From contig CM022677.1 of NCBI GenBank assembly GCA_012295275.1, positions 13,888,001 through 13,952,000 of the forward strand: DNA of 64,000 nt, read 5' to 3'. Source of the DNA: Chrysomallon squamiferum (taxonomy: Eukaryota > Animalia > Mollusca). Shown one piece after another: positions 1 through 12,685 of the stretch. A program made the position numbers and the translations under genes. How positions within the stretch are numbered: position 1 is the stretch's first letter; the number at the start of each line of letters is the position of its first letter. The notes beneath the pieces were generated by a model. It made no database searches and was not told the origin of the DNA. It saw only the letters and a list, made by a program, of their open reading frames with translations.

Positions 1-189
1 TTCAAATTATCGAACTACGAACAAACATTTTATGTGATAAAATATTTGCTACAAAATTATTAATAGTGGCTCTTGTGTTATAACTTATAAAAAAAAAGAG
101 ATGATCCAAAAAATACTTTTTAGGCGACTAAACCATAATATTTGTTTTTTTAAATTTCGAGCCTTGTGCTTACTGACATAACGAGCATA

Positions 190-980
190 ATCATCAGCTT
201 GAAAGACATTTGTCTCAAGTTGAAAATGTCAGTTCTGCTGGGAGTTCTTCAAAGCACTCCAATGAACAAAGCAGAGAGAACTTGAATGGGTTTTTTCATT
301 AGTATTTTTCCTATTTATGCAGCAGATAATTTGTAATTTCTCCTTCATTTGTATAGAGGACATTTGGGTGGGTGTGTTTGGGGGGGGTACTGGTGTCAGC
401 TTATATATTTTATTGTTTGTTTACAGCATTAGTCAGAACAAACTCACAGCTTTACTGAAGCACTGCAGACTGAATGGAGAGAAAAGAAATCTGGCAGAAA
501 AAAATGTGAAGACAGAGAAAGGATAGTTCAATTTCTGCAACATTTTCCTCAAGATTAATTTTGTCTGAATCAGTCACAGGATTCAAAGGGAGTGATTTGA
601 AAATACTGTCTGCATGTGAGACTAAATCTTCACTTTGGAGGGAGTATCAACAGACTGCTGTTGCACAGGGTAATAATTCATTTGAATAATGTGTAATTTT
701 TCTAACAGATTAAGTGATATTTACTGGAATCTGTTCTGAAACATATTTAAAGGAGTAAATATAATTTTAAGGCTATTGTATTAATTCTTTGATTAATTGA
801 TTATATATTGCAGTATGTTTTTGTTTGTTATTTTAAATTATGTTTTCATTTTTAAGAAAAAGCTGTCTTGTTCAGTTTAACATTCCAAACAGCCCACTCC
901 AGCCAGAACCAGTTTACTTCCTTGTGTCAAGACAATGTGGAATTTTTAAAATATCTTCTATAAGCCAATCTATCAGCTGG
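190..980 (+). mobile_element. Degenerate Sola-type DNA transposase fragments, apparently intron-containing
   Basis: Manual translation gives LKMSVLLGVLQ (~211-245), ICNFSFICI, SISQNKLTALLKHCRLNG (~425-480), VTGFKGSDLKILSACETKSSLWREYQQTAVAQG (~573-670) and FNIPNSPLQPEPVYFLVSRQCGIF (~876-947). These resemble remembered motifs (GFKRSDxKLLPSxxTK, PLQPGPIYFLTPRKCGxFG) of invertebrate DDD transposases I assign to Sola. Stops and frameshifts are present. Confidence 0.6.
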
Positions 981-1229
981 TGAGTCAGTTAATCTGTTAA
1001 TTAAATAATTTATTTATTTGTTTTGTGTTGATGTATTTGCTTTTTGTTTTGTTTGTTATTGTGTATGCTATTTATTTGTTTATTTTGTGTTTGAATTTGA
1101 TTGTGTTTAGATTGGTGGAGTAGCTGATTCTGAGTCTGGTAATGTTGTTGTTATGTAGTTCTTAGTGAAATGATTTTGAGTTTTGATGATGAAAGGTGTA
1201 ACTAATGTTTACTTTATTTCTTTACTATT

Positions 1230-1915
1230 TGCTGGTTGCAACATTCACCCACTCCAGTCTACATCTCAATATGGCTGACTGTTGTTTAAAAACTAGATTA
1301 TAGTGAAAGGTGAGTTTTAAAACTAGATTGTAGAAAGGTTTTTTAAAGGGTTGTTCAGGGCCTAGATCCTTCATGAGATGTTTGCTACTGAGAATGGATT
1401 TTAACACAGTATTTTAACACAGTATTTTAGTATCTGTAAGTTTTTGTCTGTATTTCAAGTGTTGTATGTTTTATTCTAACACGAGACTGTCAGGCAGTGT
1501 GATGCTTGGTAAAACTTTTTACAAGATGTGATTATCTTCTGTATGTGGCGTCTGAAGTTGGCTGTCGAATGTGACCATATTAAAGTCTTTTTCCAAAATC
1601 TGTGAAAACTGTAATCACTTTTCATTCATTTACTGAATGTTTGTTTATGGAATTTAGTAAATTGTTGTTCATGCAGTGTTTTGTTCTAAAGCTGTTTTGT
1701 TAGTTACTTATTAAATTGTTGTTGTTTAAGTTTTGTGTTTACAGTGTGTCAGGGTTTTACATGTGTGATATTAGTGTAACTGGTCTGCAGTTGATTGGTA
1801 GTGAATGGTCTTTGTAAGGTTTAGGTTGACTAAAACATTCTGCAAGTTTCCAGCCTGTTGGTATCTTACCTGTTGACCAAATTACATTAAAAAGATCAAG
1901 TATTATTACTAATTA
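1230..1915 (-). mobile_element. Non-LTR retrotransposon (LINE) reverse-transcriptase remnant
   Basis: The reverse strand reads IILDLFNVIWSTGKIPTGWKLAECFSQPKPYKDHSLPINCRPVTLISH..CKTL and then KVITVFTDFGKDFNMV. These match the LINE RT motifs PxxWK..IPKPGK..YRPISL and AVFLDFEKAFDxV. Heavily frameshifted. Confidence 0.8.
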
Positions 1916-2504
1916 ACTTGTACCTTAACTTGTGTTCTGTTTATTTGTCTAGTGGATAGACAGACTTATTGATTTATGTAGATTGCTGTCAATTTAGTGT
2001 TTATATTCCCTGTTTGATGGCCATTAAGGCACCTTGTTACCCCAGACTGAGCCTTAATAAAACATACAAGATGTTTAAAGGTGTGACAGCTTATTAACTG
2101 AGCTAATTAACTTTTACAACTGAAACAATTAATTTATTATCTTAGTCAGTTAACTAAATAACATGATTAATCTTATTAACTGAGTTAATTAACTAAATAA
2201 CTAACAAGAAAACTAATTAACTGAGATATTTATATTTCCATTAAGTTATTAACTAAGAAAATTATAAATCTGACTGGGTATTTGTTAACATAGGATTTAA
2301 CTCAATAGCAGTCATAATTAAAATATTAACTGAAAACATAGATAGTTAATTAATGTGAACCTTCTCATAAACAGCCTTTGATAAATCAGCTTTTACATGA
2401 GGAATTATTTTTATTTTATTTTTATTATTATTGTTATTGTTATTTTTATTATTTTTATTTTACATAGTTTCAGATTTTCTGAATGTTTTGTTTTATTTTC
2501 ACAG

Positions 2505-2698
2505 TGATGAAAAGAAGAAAACTGTAATAATCTCAGTTATAGGGGTTTGTTTCTGATCGGGTGTATTGTGGCTGAATTTCGATATCACTGGCACAAGAGA
2601 GCAAAGTCGAAGAGGAAGACTGAGGCAATCAGAGCTAAGATGTCTGGTCATGAAGAAACTGATCTGATATTAAACACACACTTATCTGTTTTATAGAC

Positions 2699-2742
<44 letters not shown>

Positions 2743-3244
2743 TATAGATATTTTATTCACATTTCTGTGTGAGTAACTTTTTTATGTAATATGTTTATAT
2801 TGTATATTTACGTAAACATACGACCTTCAGTCATATCACATTCAAATGATTTTTTTATGTACAAAATTATAAAAGTTTGTTAGCCAGTGGTTCTTAATCT
2901 GATACAAATGCATGACGGGATGGTAAAGACACACGCACATCTATAAATAAATGTTTTTATTTCAGCCCCTGACAGTTGAACCTGACCCAACCCAGCTTGG
3001 ACTGGTAAAAGAATCTGAACTGAAACAAGGAGGAATTGTTGGCTCCGAAGTATTTGGAACGGTATATAAGGTGAGAATAAAATTACATATCTTTGGTATC
3101 ATTACTGTTGCTACTACTGTTACTAGTACTATTACTGTTATTATACTATTATTGTTACTGTTATTAGTATTACTTTCACTTTTATTATTATCATTGTTAC
3201 TGTCATTATTATTGTTATTATTATTATCATTACTGTCATTGTTT

Positions 3245-3279
<35 letters not shown>

Positions 3280-5310
3280 ATTATTATTAGCCAGGGATAC
3301 TGGATACCAGAAGGAGAAAATGTCAAGATTCCAGCTATTAAAGAGTAACAGGACTCCTAACCTGATTCAGGAGCTGTTGGAGGAGGCATGGGTGATGGTA
3401 TCAGTGAAGCATCCTTGTTGTGTCAGAATCCTCGCAGTGTGCATGACGGCACAGATGATGTTGATCACTCAGCTGATGTCACTTGGCTGTGTTCTCGTGA
3501 GAAAAAAGAAAGACCACATTGGATCTAAAGTCCTCCTCAACTGATGTACTCAGAGAGCCAGTGTGAGTGTTGTCAAATATACACCCATACACACCTATAC
3601 CCACCCATACCCATACACACCCATAAACTCACACAGAACACACAGAGACACACTTACATCACACACACACACACACACACAAACACAATACACACAACAC
3701 ACAGATATACACAACACACATATACACACAACACAGAGAGACATACAAACAATTGCTTATTCAGACACATACACAACACATATAAATTGTTGTTTTCAGG
3801 GAATGATTTAGTTAGAGGAAAGGGGAATTGTCCATAGAGACCTAGTGTTATACGTGTTGTGTGTGTTGTGTACGTGTGTGTGTACTGTTTGTGTATGGAT
3901 GTATATTTGACAACACTGACACTAACAATGTACTCGGTGAGCATTCTTTGTCAGTAAGTATTTTAATAAAATTACTAAAATTATACAAGATTTCAAATAA
4001 TAGTACTTATAACAATTTTATTCAATAATAATAAAATAATAATATGAATAGTACTAGTAGTAGTAGTAGTAGTGGTAGCAATAACAACAATAATAATAAT
4101 AATAGTAATAATAGTAATAATAATAGTAGTAATAATAACAGTAATAATGATAATAATAATAATAATAATAATCACTGAAATTGTGAACAAAATTTTGACA
4201 TTATATTTATTTTATTATTTTATCTTTGTACAGTTTAAACCTCGAATCGGGTGAAGATCACAGATTTTGGATTAGCTAAACTTCTTGATTACAGTGAGGA
4301 AGAGTACTAAGCTGGTGGTGGAAAAGTGAGTGGGACAGTAGTAATTCACATTTCTTACTTCTGTTTTCTTATTAATATGGAACTTACAAACTGAACATCT
4401 GAATAGTTGAAATTCAATTTTCTTATTAATAGGGAACTTACAAACTGAAACTTGGAACAGTCTTAATTCAGTTTTTCTCTTAACTGGCAACATTGATATG
4501 CTGAAATTTCAAAAAGATTAAATTTCAGCTATTATTCAATAAACTGGAAAAATATGAAAAACGAGATTTTATTCTTTTTCACTGTTTCAGATGCCAATCA
4601 AGTGTTTAGCTCTGGACAGAATATTCACACACAAAACTGATGTCTGGAGTTATGTTATAACCTTCTTTTTATCATTTCTCTTTTTAAAAAAAATAATTTT
4701 AATGACATTTGAATATGATATTCATGTAAGATGCATCAATTTTAACATCCTGCTTGTAAAATGAAAAATATATATAATAAAGTGTACTTAGAAGAGTAGA
4801 CTAAACACATTTCTCTTACTTTGAGTCATTTTGAAATTCATATTTTTTAACACTAATTTTTAATAACAATAAAGTATGAAAATTTATATTACAGGTTCAT
4901 TAACGTTATATATTGAATCTTAATTTTTCTCGTTTTGTGATAGTAAAAATATTTCACTGATACAGAATGTAAACAAATTTGAAACTGATGGATGTGACTA
5001 ATTGTTTTTAATAAATTTGTTGTGGTTTGGTCAAACATGACACGAGTGTGTGTTTGTGTGTTTGTGTATTTGTGTGATTTGTATGTGTGTGTGCGTGAGA
5101 ATGTGTATATGTGTGTGTTTGTCTATTTGAGTGTGTGTGTGTGAGTGTGTGTATGTTTTGTATTTGTGTGTGTAAGAGAGTTATGTGTGTATTTGTGTGT
5201 GTGTTTGTGTAATTGTGTGTGTGTGTGAGAGACTGTATTTGTGAGTGTATATGTGTGAGGTTGTGTGTGTGAGAATGTGTATTTCTGTTTGGGAGAATGT
5301 GTATATTTGT

Positions 5311-5347
<37 letters not shown>

Positions 5348-5810
5348 TGTGTATGTGAGAGAGTGTATATGTGTGTTTCTGCATTTGTGTGTGTGTTTGT
5401 CAGAGAGTGTGTGTGTTTGTGTGTGTGTGGGTGGGGGGGGTTGTGTCCAATATTACATGGTTGAAATCACTCTGGATATTTTGGGATTATTAAAACAAAT
5501 TTGCATGCTGGATGCAGAAAGCCGTCCATCTTTCAAAGAGCTTGCAGAAGAGTTTGCTGAAATGTCTCAAGATCCTGTCTGATTGCTGTCATTCCTGTAA
5601 GTGTTTTATTTAACACACATCCACCTTTCCTCCTCACTTAGTTCTCTTGTTTTAAAAATCTCTTCTCACAGTCTGAAAATGATCACTGTGAAATGAAGGT
5701 GTAGGTTGATAACAGGTTGAAGGAAGGTTTATTCTTAATTTTAGAAAAGTCAAAATTATTACGTTTGTGTCTTGTTAGGCTTAATTTTAGTTGCATTTAT
5801 TACTATTATT

Positions 5811-5845
<35 letters not shown>

Positions 5846-7600
5846 GTGTTTTCTGCATCATTATAAAAATAATTTTAAAATTAATATTAGATAAAACTTC
5901 CTGCATGACAGAGTAGCATAAAAACAAATTTCCTTGTTGTCATGGAGATGAAACATTTATTAATTAATTTATTTATTTTAATAACCTTTTTTTCTTCTTT
6001 CTTTTCATCTTTTTATTTTATTTTATTTATTTATTTACTTATTATTATTTTTTTTTAATAATTTCCTGTATTGTTCTTTTATTTCTAAATATTTGTTTTT
6101 CAGTTTTATCTTATTTGCTTCTATTCACTGACTACTTTTTTATATCTAGTCACTACTTTGTTCATTTACTATACAATTAAATCTTCTACAGCAGTCACTG
6201 TATTAGCAATCCAGTTGTTATTAGTCCAAATTTATTGTATCTGAAATTTTTCCAATATAGTACAACTTCTGTAAAACAGACACTCTTCTTTGGTGACTGC
6301 ATTATGCAGGTTTATTCTTTATCCAGTGTATTAAAAAAACTAAGAAAACAACAACAAATCACTGAAAAAAGAAAGAGTTTAGTAATAATGTTTATATCTC
6401 AGTTAATAGTTTTTACTTACATATTTATTCCTGTCCATTATTTTCTCTTTAACTAAACTAAATTATCACACTAAACAGCTCTTTGCTGATCTTCACAATA
6501 AACCATGTGACTTTGAACCCACATTTGAATGTATGCAAGATGCTTATAAAAAATTACACTGAAGTATTTATTAATTATTATTATTATTATTATGATTACT
6601 ATCATTATTATTATTATTATCATAGACAACACATTGTTATAGTTTGTGATCAGAAAACTTGACTACTTCAAATGTTTATTTATATAAATATAAAACTGAT
6701 ATTCCAATAAGCACTGAGAATATCAAGTAAGCTGGTCTCAGAAACGTTGGATTAGTGGTTTGCCCACACTGATAAATGTTTAGAATATACTGATCAGTAT
6801 TTAGAAGATGGATCAGTGATCAGAAAAAAAAAATGGATCAGTGATAATCATATGTTGACTATTGATTTCAGAATGTGATTGGCAGCTGGTTAGTTGCAGG
6901 AACACTGTCCTGAGAGCGCGCGCTCGCTCTCGCGCTCTCTCTCTCTCTCTCTCTCTCTACAAATTTAAAAAGGGGCAGAATAAAAAGCAATGGGAAATTA
7001 ACAATGTAAAATGAATATTCATTTCCAGTGTATATGTAAACATACTTATATTTATTTAAAACTAACTTCTAGTGTTTATTATTACTACATAATAACAAAA
7101 TTTATTTATTGTTGTGCATTTTCACCAGCCATGTTATTTTATATCACTTTTTTATTTATTTATATATTTTTTTATTATTTATTTACTTATTTCTGTTGTT
7201 GTTTATGTTGAATTTTTTCTGTCAGTCATTATACTTTAATTTTTCTATTTTTTTAATTTACATAATTATTAATAATTGATTTATATAAGTAATTAATTTA
7301 ATGGTAAGATTTCTTTTGGTTTTGTTTTAAGCATGAAGTAAAAAAGAAATAAATATAAAATGATTTTAAGCTTCTTCACCAGTAAAAACAAACAAATTCA
7401 TCCATTCTGTCATGTGACTTGAATCAATTTGGATCGTTCCATTTCTGTTTGCAGGGAGATGAGCTTCTGCATTTGCCCAGACATACGTATGACAAGAATG
7501 ATTTGACTGAATGTGGCTGCTGATGGACCTGAGTCATTGTGGAAGCTGATGATAGTTTACAACTTCTGCTTCAACATGGAGATGAAGCAGCAGACAATTT
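2505..7600 (+). pseudogene. EGFR: EGFR/ErbB receptor tyrosine kinase pseudogene (TM, juxtamembrane, kinase and C-tail start only; introns retained)
   Basis: Exons: 2505-~2663 (TM, ..HKRAKSKRKTEAIRAKMSGHEETD); 2966-3070 (PLTVEPDPTQLGLVKESELKQGGIVGSEVFGTVYK); 3295-3562 (GYWIPEGENVKIP.AIK..ELLEEAWVMVSVKHPCCVRIL..IGSKVLLN*); 3800-~3953 (GMI*LEERGIVHRDL..ILV); 4234-4325 (VKITDFGLAKLLDYSEEEY*AGGGK); 4591-~4654 (MPIKCLAL..RIFTHKTDVWSY); ~5450-5596 (CMLDAESRPSFKELAEEFAEMSQDP); 7455-~7600 (GDELLHLPRHTYDKNDL). There are several stops and frameshifts, two apparently mutated donors and a damaged glycine-rich loop. Confidence 0.93.
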
Positions 7601-7653
7601 ATGATAATGATAATTGTATTAATTAACGTGATTTAGATTAGTTTTGTGGTAAG

Positions 7654-7733
<80 letters not shown>
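5820..7733 (+). repeat. Segmental duplication copy A (EGFR intron plus C-tail exon); copy B at 56110-57985
   Basis: Collinear, highly similar sequence, e.g. ttctgcatca(t/a)taaaaataattttaaaattaatattagataaaacttcctgcatga at ~5851 and ~56126. Both copies end in a (CT)n tract. Confidence 0.93.
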
Positions 7734-7738
<5 letters not shown>

Positions 7739-7883
7739 TTCATTTCATGGTGTCTACTGGTTATTCAGAAAGAACGTAAGTTCTCACATAAAGAACATCA
7801 GATTTTGTACTTACACTCAAATTTTAGAATTATATATTTGTTAAATTACTACATATGAAAATCAGTAAGAAATGATGTCAAGG

Positions 7884-8254
7884 AGAAAAAAATGGGGTAT
7901 ATGTAGATATAAAAATAAAATAAAAGTAATATAAAAAAAAATGGGGTGTATGTAGAGATAAAAATAAAATAAAAGTCTAATATAAAAAATGGGGTGTATG
8001 TAGAGATAAAAATAAAATAAAAGTCTAATATAAAAAATGGGGTATGTGTAGAGATAAAAATAAAATAAAAGTCTAATATAAAAAAAATGGGGTATGTGTA
8101 GAGATAAAAATAAAATAAAAGTAATATAAAAAATGGGGTATGTGTAGAGATAAAAATAAAATAAAAGTCTAATATATAAAAAATGGGGTATATGTAGACA
8201 TAAAAATAAAATAAAAGTCCAATATAAACAAAATGGGATGTATGTAGAGATAAA

Positions 8255-8255
<1 letters not shown>
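7884..8255. repeat. Minisatellite, ~48-50 bp unit, ~8 copies
   Basis: Unit aaaaaatggggtatgtgtagagataaaaataaaataaaagtctaatat repeated in tandem. It explains the repetitive ORFs 7849..8445 and 7862..8347. Confidence 0.92.
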
Positions 8256-8292
<37 letters not shown>

Positions 8293-11214
8293 TATTATTA
8301 TCATTATTATTATATCTACATATGTTGTTTTTTCTTTCATTATACATTTTATTTCATTACATTGGAATGTGGGTTTTTCTAACTTAATTTTATTTGTTTC
8401 TGCTTTTTGAGTTGTGAGAAAGCACACACACACAATGGCTTCCATATTTATTTTATTTATTGTGTCTTTTGTGTGTTAAAAGTGCAATCTACTGTACCAG
8501 AGAAATTTATTTCTGTAAAATACTTTAAATTTGAACACAAAGATCTGTTGTTTTCTTTTATTATTATTATTATTTTAATTTCTTTGCAAAGTTGGAAAAT
8601 AATATTCCTATCTTCATCATTATAATAATTTAATTTCTGAGTGTCTTGTTTTAATAAAAATATTAATTAACAATAATTAATAATATGACAAATATAATAA
8701 GAAAAAATCACATTTATGAGTGAAATAAAAATAGATTGTAAAAAAACAAATAAGTAATTGGTAAAACAGTAATAGTTAAATCTAATATTTTTGGTTTGTT
8801 TCATGCTATATGCAGACTGCATAGATTAAATTAAATTGTCTTTTCTTTTCTGGTTTTGTTTTGGTTTTCTAATTTTTTTTTTTTTTTTTTTTTTTTTGGC
8901 TCCAGGCTAAAATTTAATTTTAGCGAAGTTAATATTATAGAATGAAACTGGATTCACAATATTTTGAATTTAATTTTTTCATCTTTTTTATATATATATA
9001 TATTTCATTTTATTTATTTTATCATTATTTTAATTTATTTTCCTTTACATATCCAAAGGTGATATACATCATCATCATAGGTTATTCCCCCTATCCTGAT
9101 TTTCCCACCCCTAGTTTTTCTCACCATATTTTCATTCATAAAGCATTTTCACTGCATTTGATTAAAAATGAACTTTTTCATATGTATTCACTATGATTCC
9201 AGTTATTGTTTTGCACTGCATTTAGATATATATACATTTCACTTAATTTCATTTAATTTTCATTATTATTTACAACCAATAATTTAGAAATTTATGTTAC
9301 ATATTTTTATAATAATTTAACGAACAAAAAAAAAAAATAATATTGCTTGTGTCAAATATAATTCATATTGGTGTTTTCTATAAGCATAATATTATGCATA
9401 ATTCTGTTTTTTTTTTTTTTTTTAATTTTTGTTTCACGATTTCTTGTATTTGCTTTTTACACTTGAATATTGGCTGTGATACTGATAGCCTTACATTTTT
9501 CCTGTGAACAGGCAGTTATCTGTATATAAAAATCTCAAAGCGAGTTTCAGATTTGTTGTGTTTTTATTTTTGTTACCTCACTATTAACTAAACTGTGAAG
9601 ACTGAAAAAGTTCTTCATTACAAGTTAACACTCAAATAACACTCAAGCCAAAACTGAAACCAAAAGCTGAAGCAAACAAGCCTCAAGTTGTGGGTCTGTG
9701 GCTGGCACACTTTAAATGAAACACCAAAAGTCAGCTAGAAGATAAAGCGTGCAGTGCGGCAAATACATTTTGTGTCATACTTGTGCGTGTTTTATGTTTT
9801 ATGTTTATAACTGTGTGTGTATCTATATAAGTATACATTGTATGTGTATTTATCTTTCCCCTATTATGTGTGTAAAACTATTTTTATCTATTTAAGAAAA
9901 ATTTGTGTTTTTTATATGTTCATGATTATATCTGTTTGTATCTATACAAGTAAACTTTGCATGTTGTGTATGTTTTCTTCTGTATGCGAATCACCGTGTG
10001 TGTGTCTGTAGAAGTATATGTTTTGTGTCTAAGTATCTATTACTTACACAGCTCTGTGTACCTATCTAGGAATATATTGTATTTTTTTTTTTTTTTTTCG
10101 TTTTTTGTGTTTTTTGTTGTTGATTTTTGTTGTATGTTTTTTTTTTCTATATGATATCTGTATTGCTATGTATATCAACAATGTAATAATAGTAGTAGTT
10201 GTAGTTGCAGTACTAGTAGTAGTTGTAGTAATAGTAATAATAATAATAATAATAATACGACGAAGAAGAAAAGCAGTAGTTTAATATATTTGTGTGTGTG
10301 TGTGCGCGCCCGTTTCTATCTGAGTATGAACTTATTTATGTGAAATGTTGCTATACATATATATGTATATATGTATTTATACACGAATCAGTATTCTGTT
10401 TTGTTACGTTTAGACTGCACAAAGAGAATAATCGGAATGCAGTGGCATGCAAGTACATCTGTGTATATACATATGTTTATAAATGTATATGAGGGTATCT
10501 ATGTCGCATGTATGTGTTTGTGTATGTTATTGTTATTGTTATTGTTGTAAAATAAATAAACTGATCCAAAAATAGTAACAACAATAACAACAGCAGCAAC
10601 TAAAACAACTTCAGCAACAATAATAATAGTAATCAGAATAAACTAAAAAAATAATAAATAAATAAAAAGAAATACTTCAGATCGCATTTCCGCCCATGTG
10701 CCCCTGCTCTGTGAATACTGTGAATTGGTTCCCTACTCTAATTAACTTGAACGTGCACACTAAATAAAGACGAAATGTGATCGCTAACACCCGGATTTAA
10801 AACACCTCAAGTGAGGTATCCAGTTTCTCATCTAGTCACGTTTTTAAAACATCGATTGTTGATTCTTCTTTTTTTGTTTTTTAGTTTAGTGGGTTTTTTT
10901 TCTTGGCTTAGCAATTTTCGTTTGTGCGGTAGTTTCTGTCAATTTATTTTTATTGTGTGTGTGTACATATGTATGTATCTTTTTTCTTCTTTCCTTTTAT
11001 TTGTTTATTTATTTGGATTAAGAGAATAAATAAATAAAAAATAAATAAAAACTTAAACTTAATTTCATGTCTAAGAGAAAATTAATAAAATATGTGAAGC
11101 AGAATAAAAAGAAAAAGGAGGAGAATAGTTGAAAATGCTAGAACAATAATCTGTATTAACCGTTAATAATAAATTTATAATAAATCTCAACTTTTCATTC
11201 ACTGATAAAATGAT

Positions 11215-11425
11215 GTTATACACATTAATTATATTATACAGACACACATACAGCTAGGTGAATATATAGGTAGCTTTACAGACAAAGAGATCATGAAACA
11301 ATGTAAAATAGTTTTAAAATTTAAATGAAATAAAGACAGAAGAATTTTATTTATTATCACATAAATATGTTATTACAGTTTTGTTTGTACTAGTATATTT
11401 TAAATAGCACAACATTCTTATAAAC
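11215..11425 (+). repeat. Dispersed repeat/duplication, second copy at ~35120-35330
   Basis: Shared aggtgaat..aggtagct..aaacaat(g/a)taaaatagttttaaa..ttaaatgaaataa..acagaagaattttattt. Both copies are followed by (GA)n. Confidence 0.8.
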
Positions 11426-11458
11426 CACTTAACAAAATAATAGAATAGTTTAGATGTA

Positions 11459-11533
<75 letters not shown>

Positions 11534-11767
11534 AAATGACAACTGGGTGAAAATTTCAAAAGTAAATCAGAGTTAGTTTTAAAGAGAAATCTATTTTGTA
11601 ATTTAGCAAGGTTAAACGATAAAGTAATTCATAATAAAAAATAAAAGAAAGTAAAGAAAGTGAACAAATTAACAAAATTAATTACCTTACAATAAATAAA
11701 TAACTGATTTTCTGTTTATCAGAAAGAAATGTCTGTGAACCTTCAACTTCTAAACAGTTCAGTGAAA

Positions 11768-12685
11768 CTAACTTAGCAGACAGTCTGAACTGTACTTTTT
11801 ACACCATGTAAATATTTTTATTTTCCCGGTAAACTCTCCCACATACAGTTTGTTCTCATCACAACAGACAGTCAAAGGTACGGACATTCCATCCTGGCGT
11901 GTGAGGATGTCTCGTGTAATGTTACCATCTCGTGACAACTGAACAATACAATTTCTTTTATAAGCACAAACAAAAATATTTCCCTCCGTGTCACATGTAA
12001 CACCTGTCAAGTCTCTCAGTTTGTCTGAATCACGTGACTCCCATTTGACGTCACCTGCTGACGTCAGACAAACTAAACTCTTTACATTTGACACAACAAT
12101 CAGAAATTGATCGTGAACTGTGAGACGTGACGGTCTGGGGATCAAATCTGTTGAGATAGAATTAATGAGCTGACCACTGTCTGTCAGTATGTCCAAGCAC
12201 TGATTACACCACTCAGTGACCGCGAGACGGTTGCCAGGTAACACAGCGATAAAACGATACCATTTAACAGTTTTAACTTCTTTTTCCAGTTTGAAGTTTT
12301 TAAAATTTAAAAACAATATTTTACTTTCATTTGGCAGAGCAACAACAACAACAACATCACCCCGCTGATCACGTGATTCAGCAAGACCGACTGGTGGAGT
12401 GGAAGTTTCGTATCTTTTTATCAGTGATTTTCTTTCTAAACAAAAACATTTTACACAGCTATTGTTTCTATCACTAACAACAATTTTACTTTTGTCTGCA
12501 CCTGACACCAGCAGGGAAACTAGGCGAGGATTGAATTTATCTTTTTGTGTTTTTGTGTTAATGGTGTCTGTGTGTTTGAGTGTGTCTGTCTGTCTGTCTA
12601 TCTGTATATCTGTGTGTTGTGTTTCTGTGTCAGTGGTGTGTGTGTTTTTGAGTGTCTGTCTGTGTGTCTGTGTGTTTGAGTCTGT
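11768..12685 (-). CDS. Open frame encoding the NHL-like beta-propeller C-terminal part of the TRIM-like gene
   Basis: ORF 11768..12508 extends stop-free upstream to 12685 (..HTDTINTKTQKDKFNPRLVSLLVSGADK..). It has repeated propeller-blade motifs such as PVGLA, IAVLPGNRLAVTE, PSRLTV and GVTCDTEGNIFVC. Confidence 0.6.
   Translation of the reverse strand, partial: TDSNTQTHRQTLKNTHTTDTETQHTDIQIDRQTDTLKHTDTINTKTQKDKFNPRLVSLLVSGADKSKIVVSDRNNSCVKCFCLERKSLIKRYETSTPPVGLAESRDQRGDVVVVVALPNESKILFLNFKNFKLEKEVKTVKWYRFIAVLPGNRLAVTEWCNQCLDILTDSGQLINSISTDLIPRPSRLTVHDQFLIVVSNVKSLVCLTSAGDVKWESRDSDKLRDLTGVTCDTEGNIFVCAYKRNCIVQLSRDGNITRDILTRQDGMSVPLTVCCDENKLYVGEFTGKIKIFTWCKKYSSDCLLS

Noticed and set aside
2951-3544. 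197 aa ORF with a poly-Leu 'transmembrane' stretch inside kinase sequence
   Set aside because: Read-through of an intron made of (TTA/TTG)n between two EGFR exons, not a real membrane kinase.
7849-8445. 198 aa and 161 aa repetitive hydrophobic ORFs
   Set aside because: Translations of a ~49 bp minisatellite plus (TAA)n.
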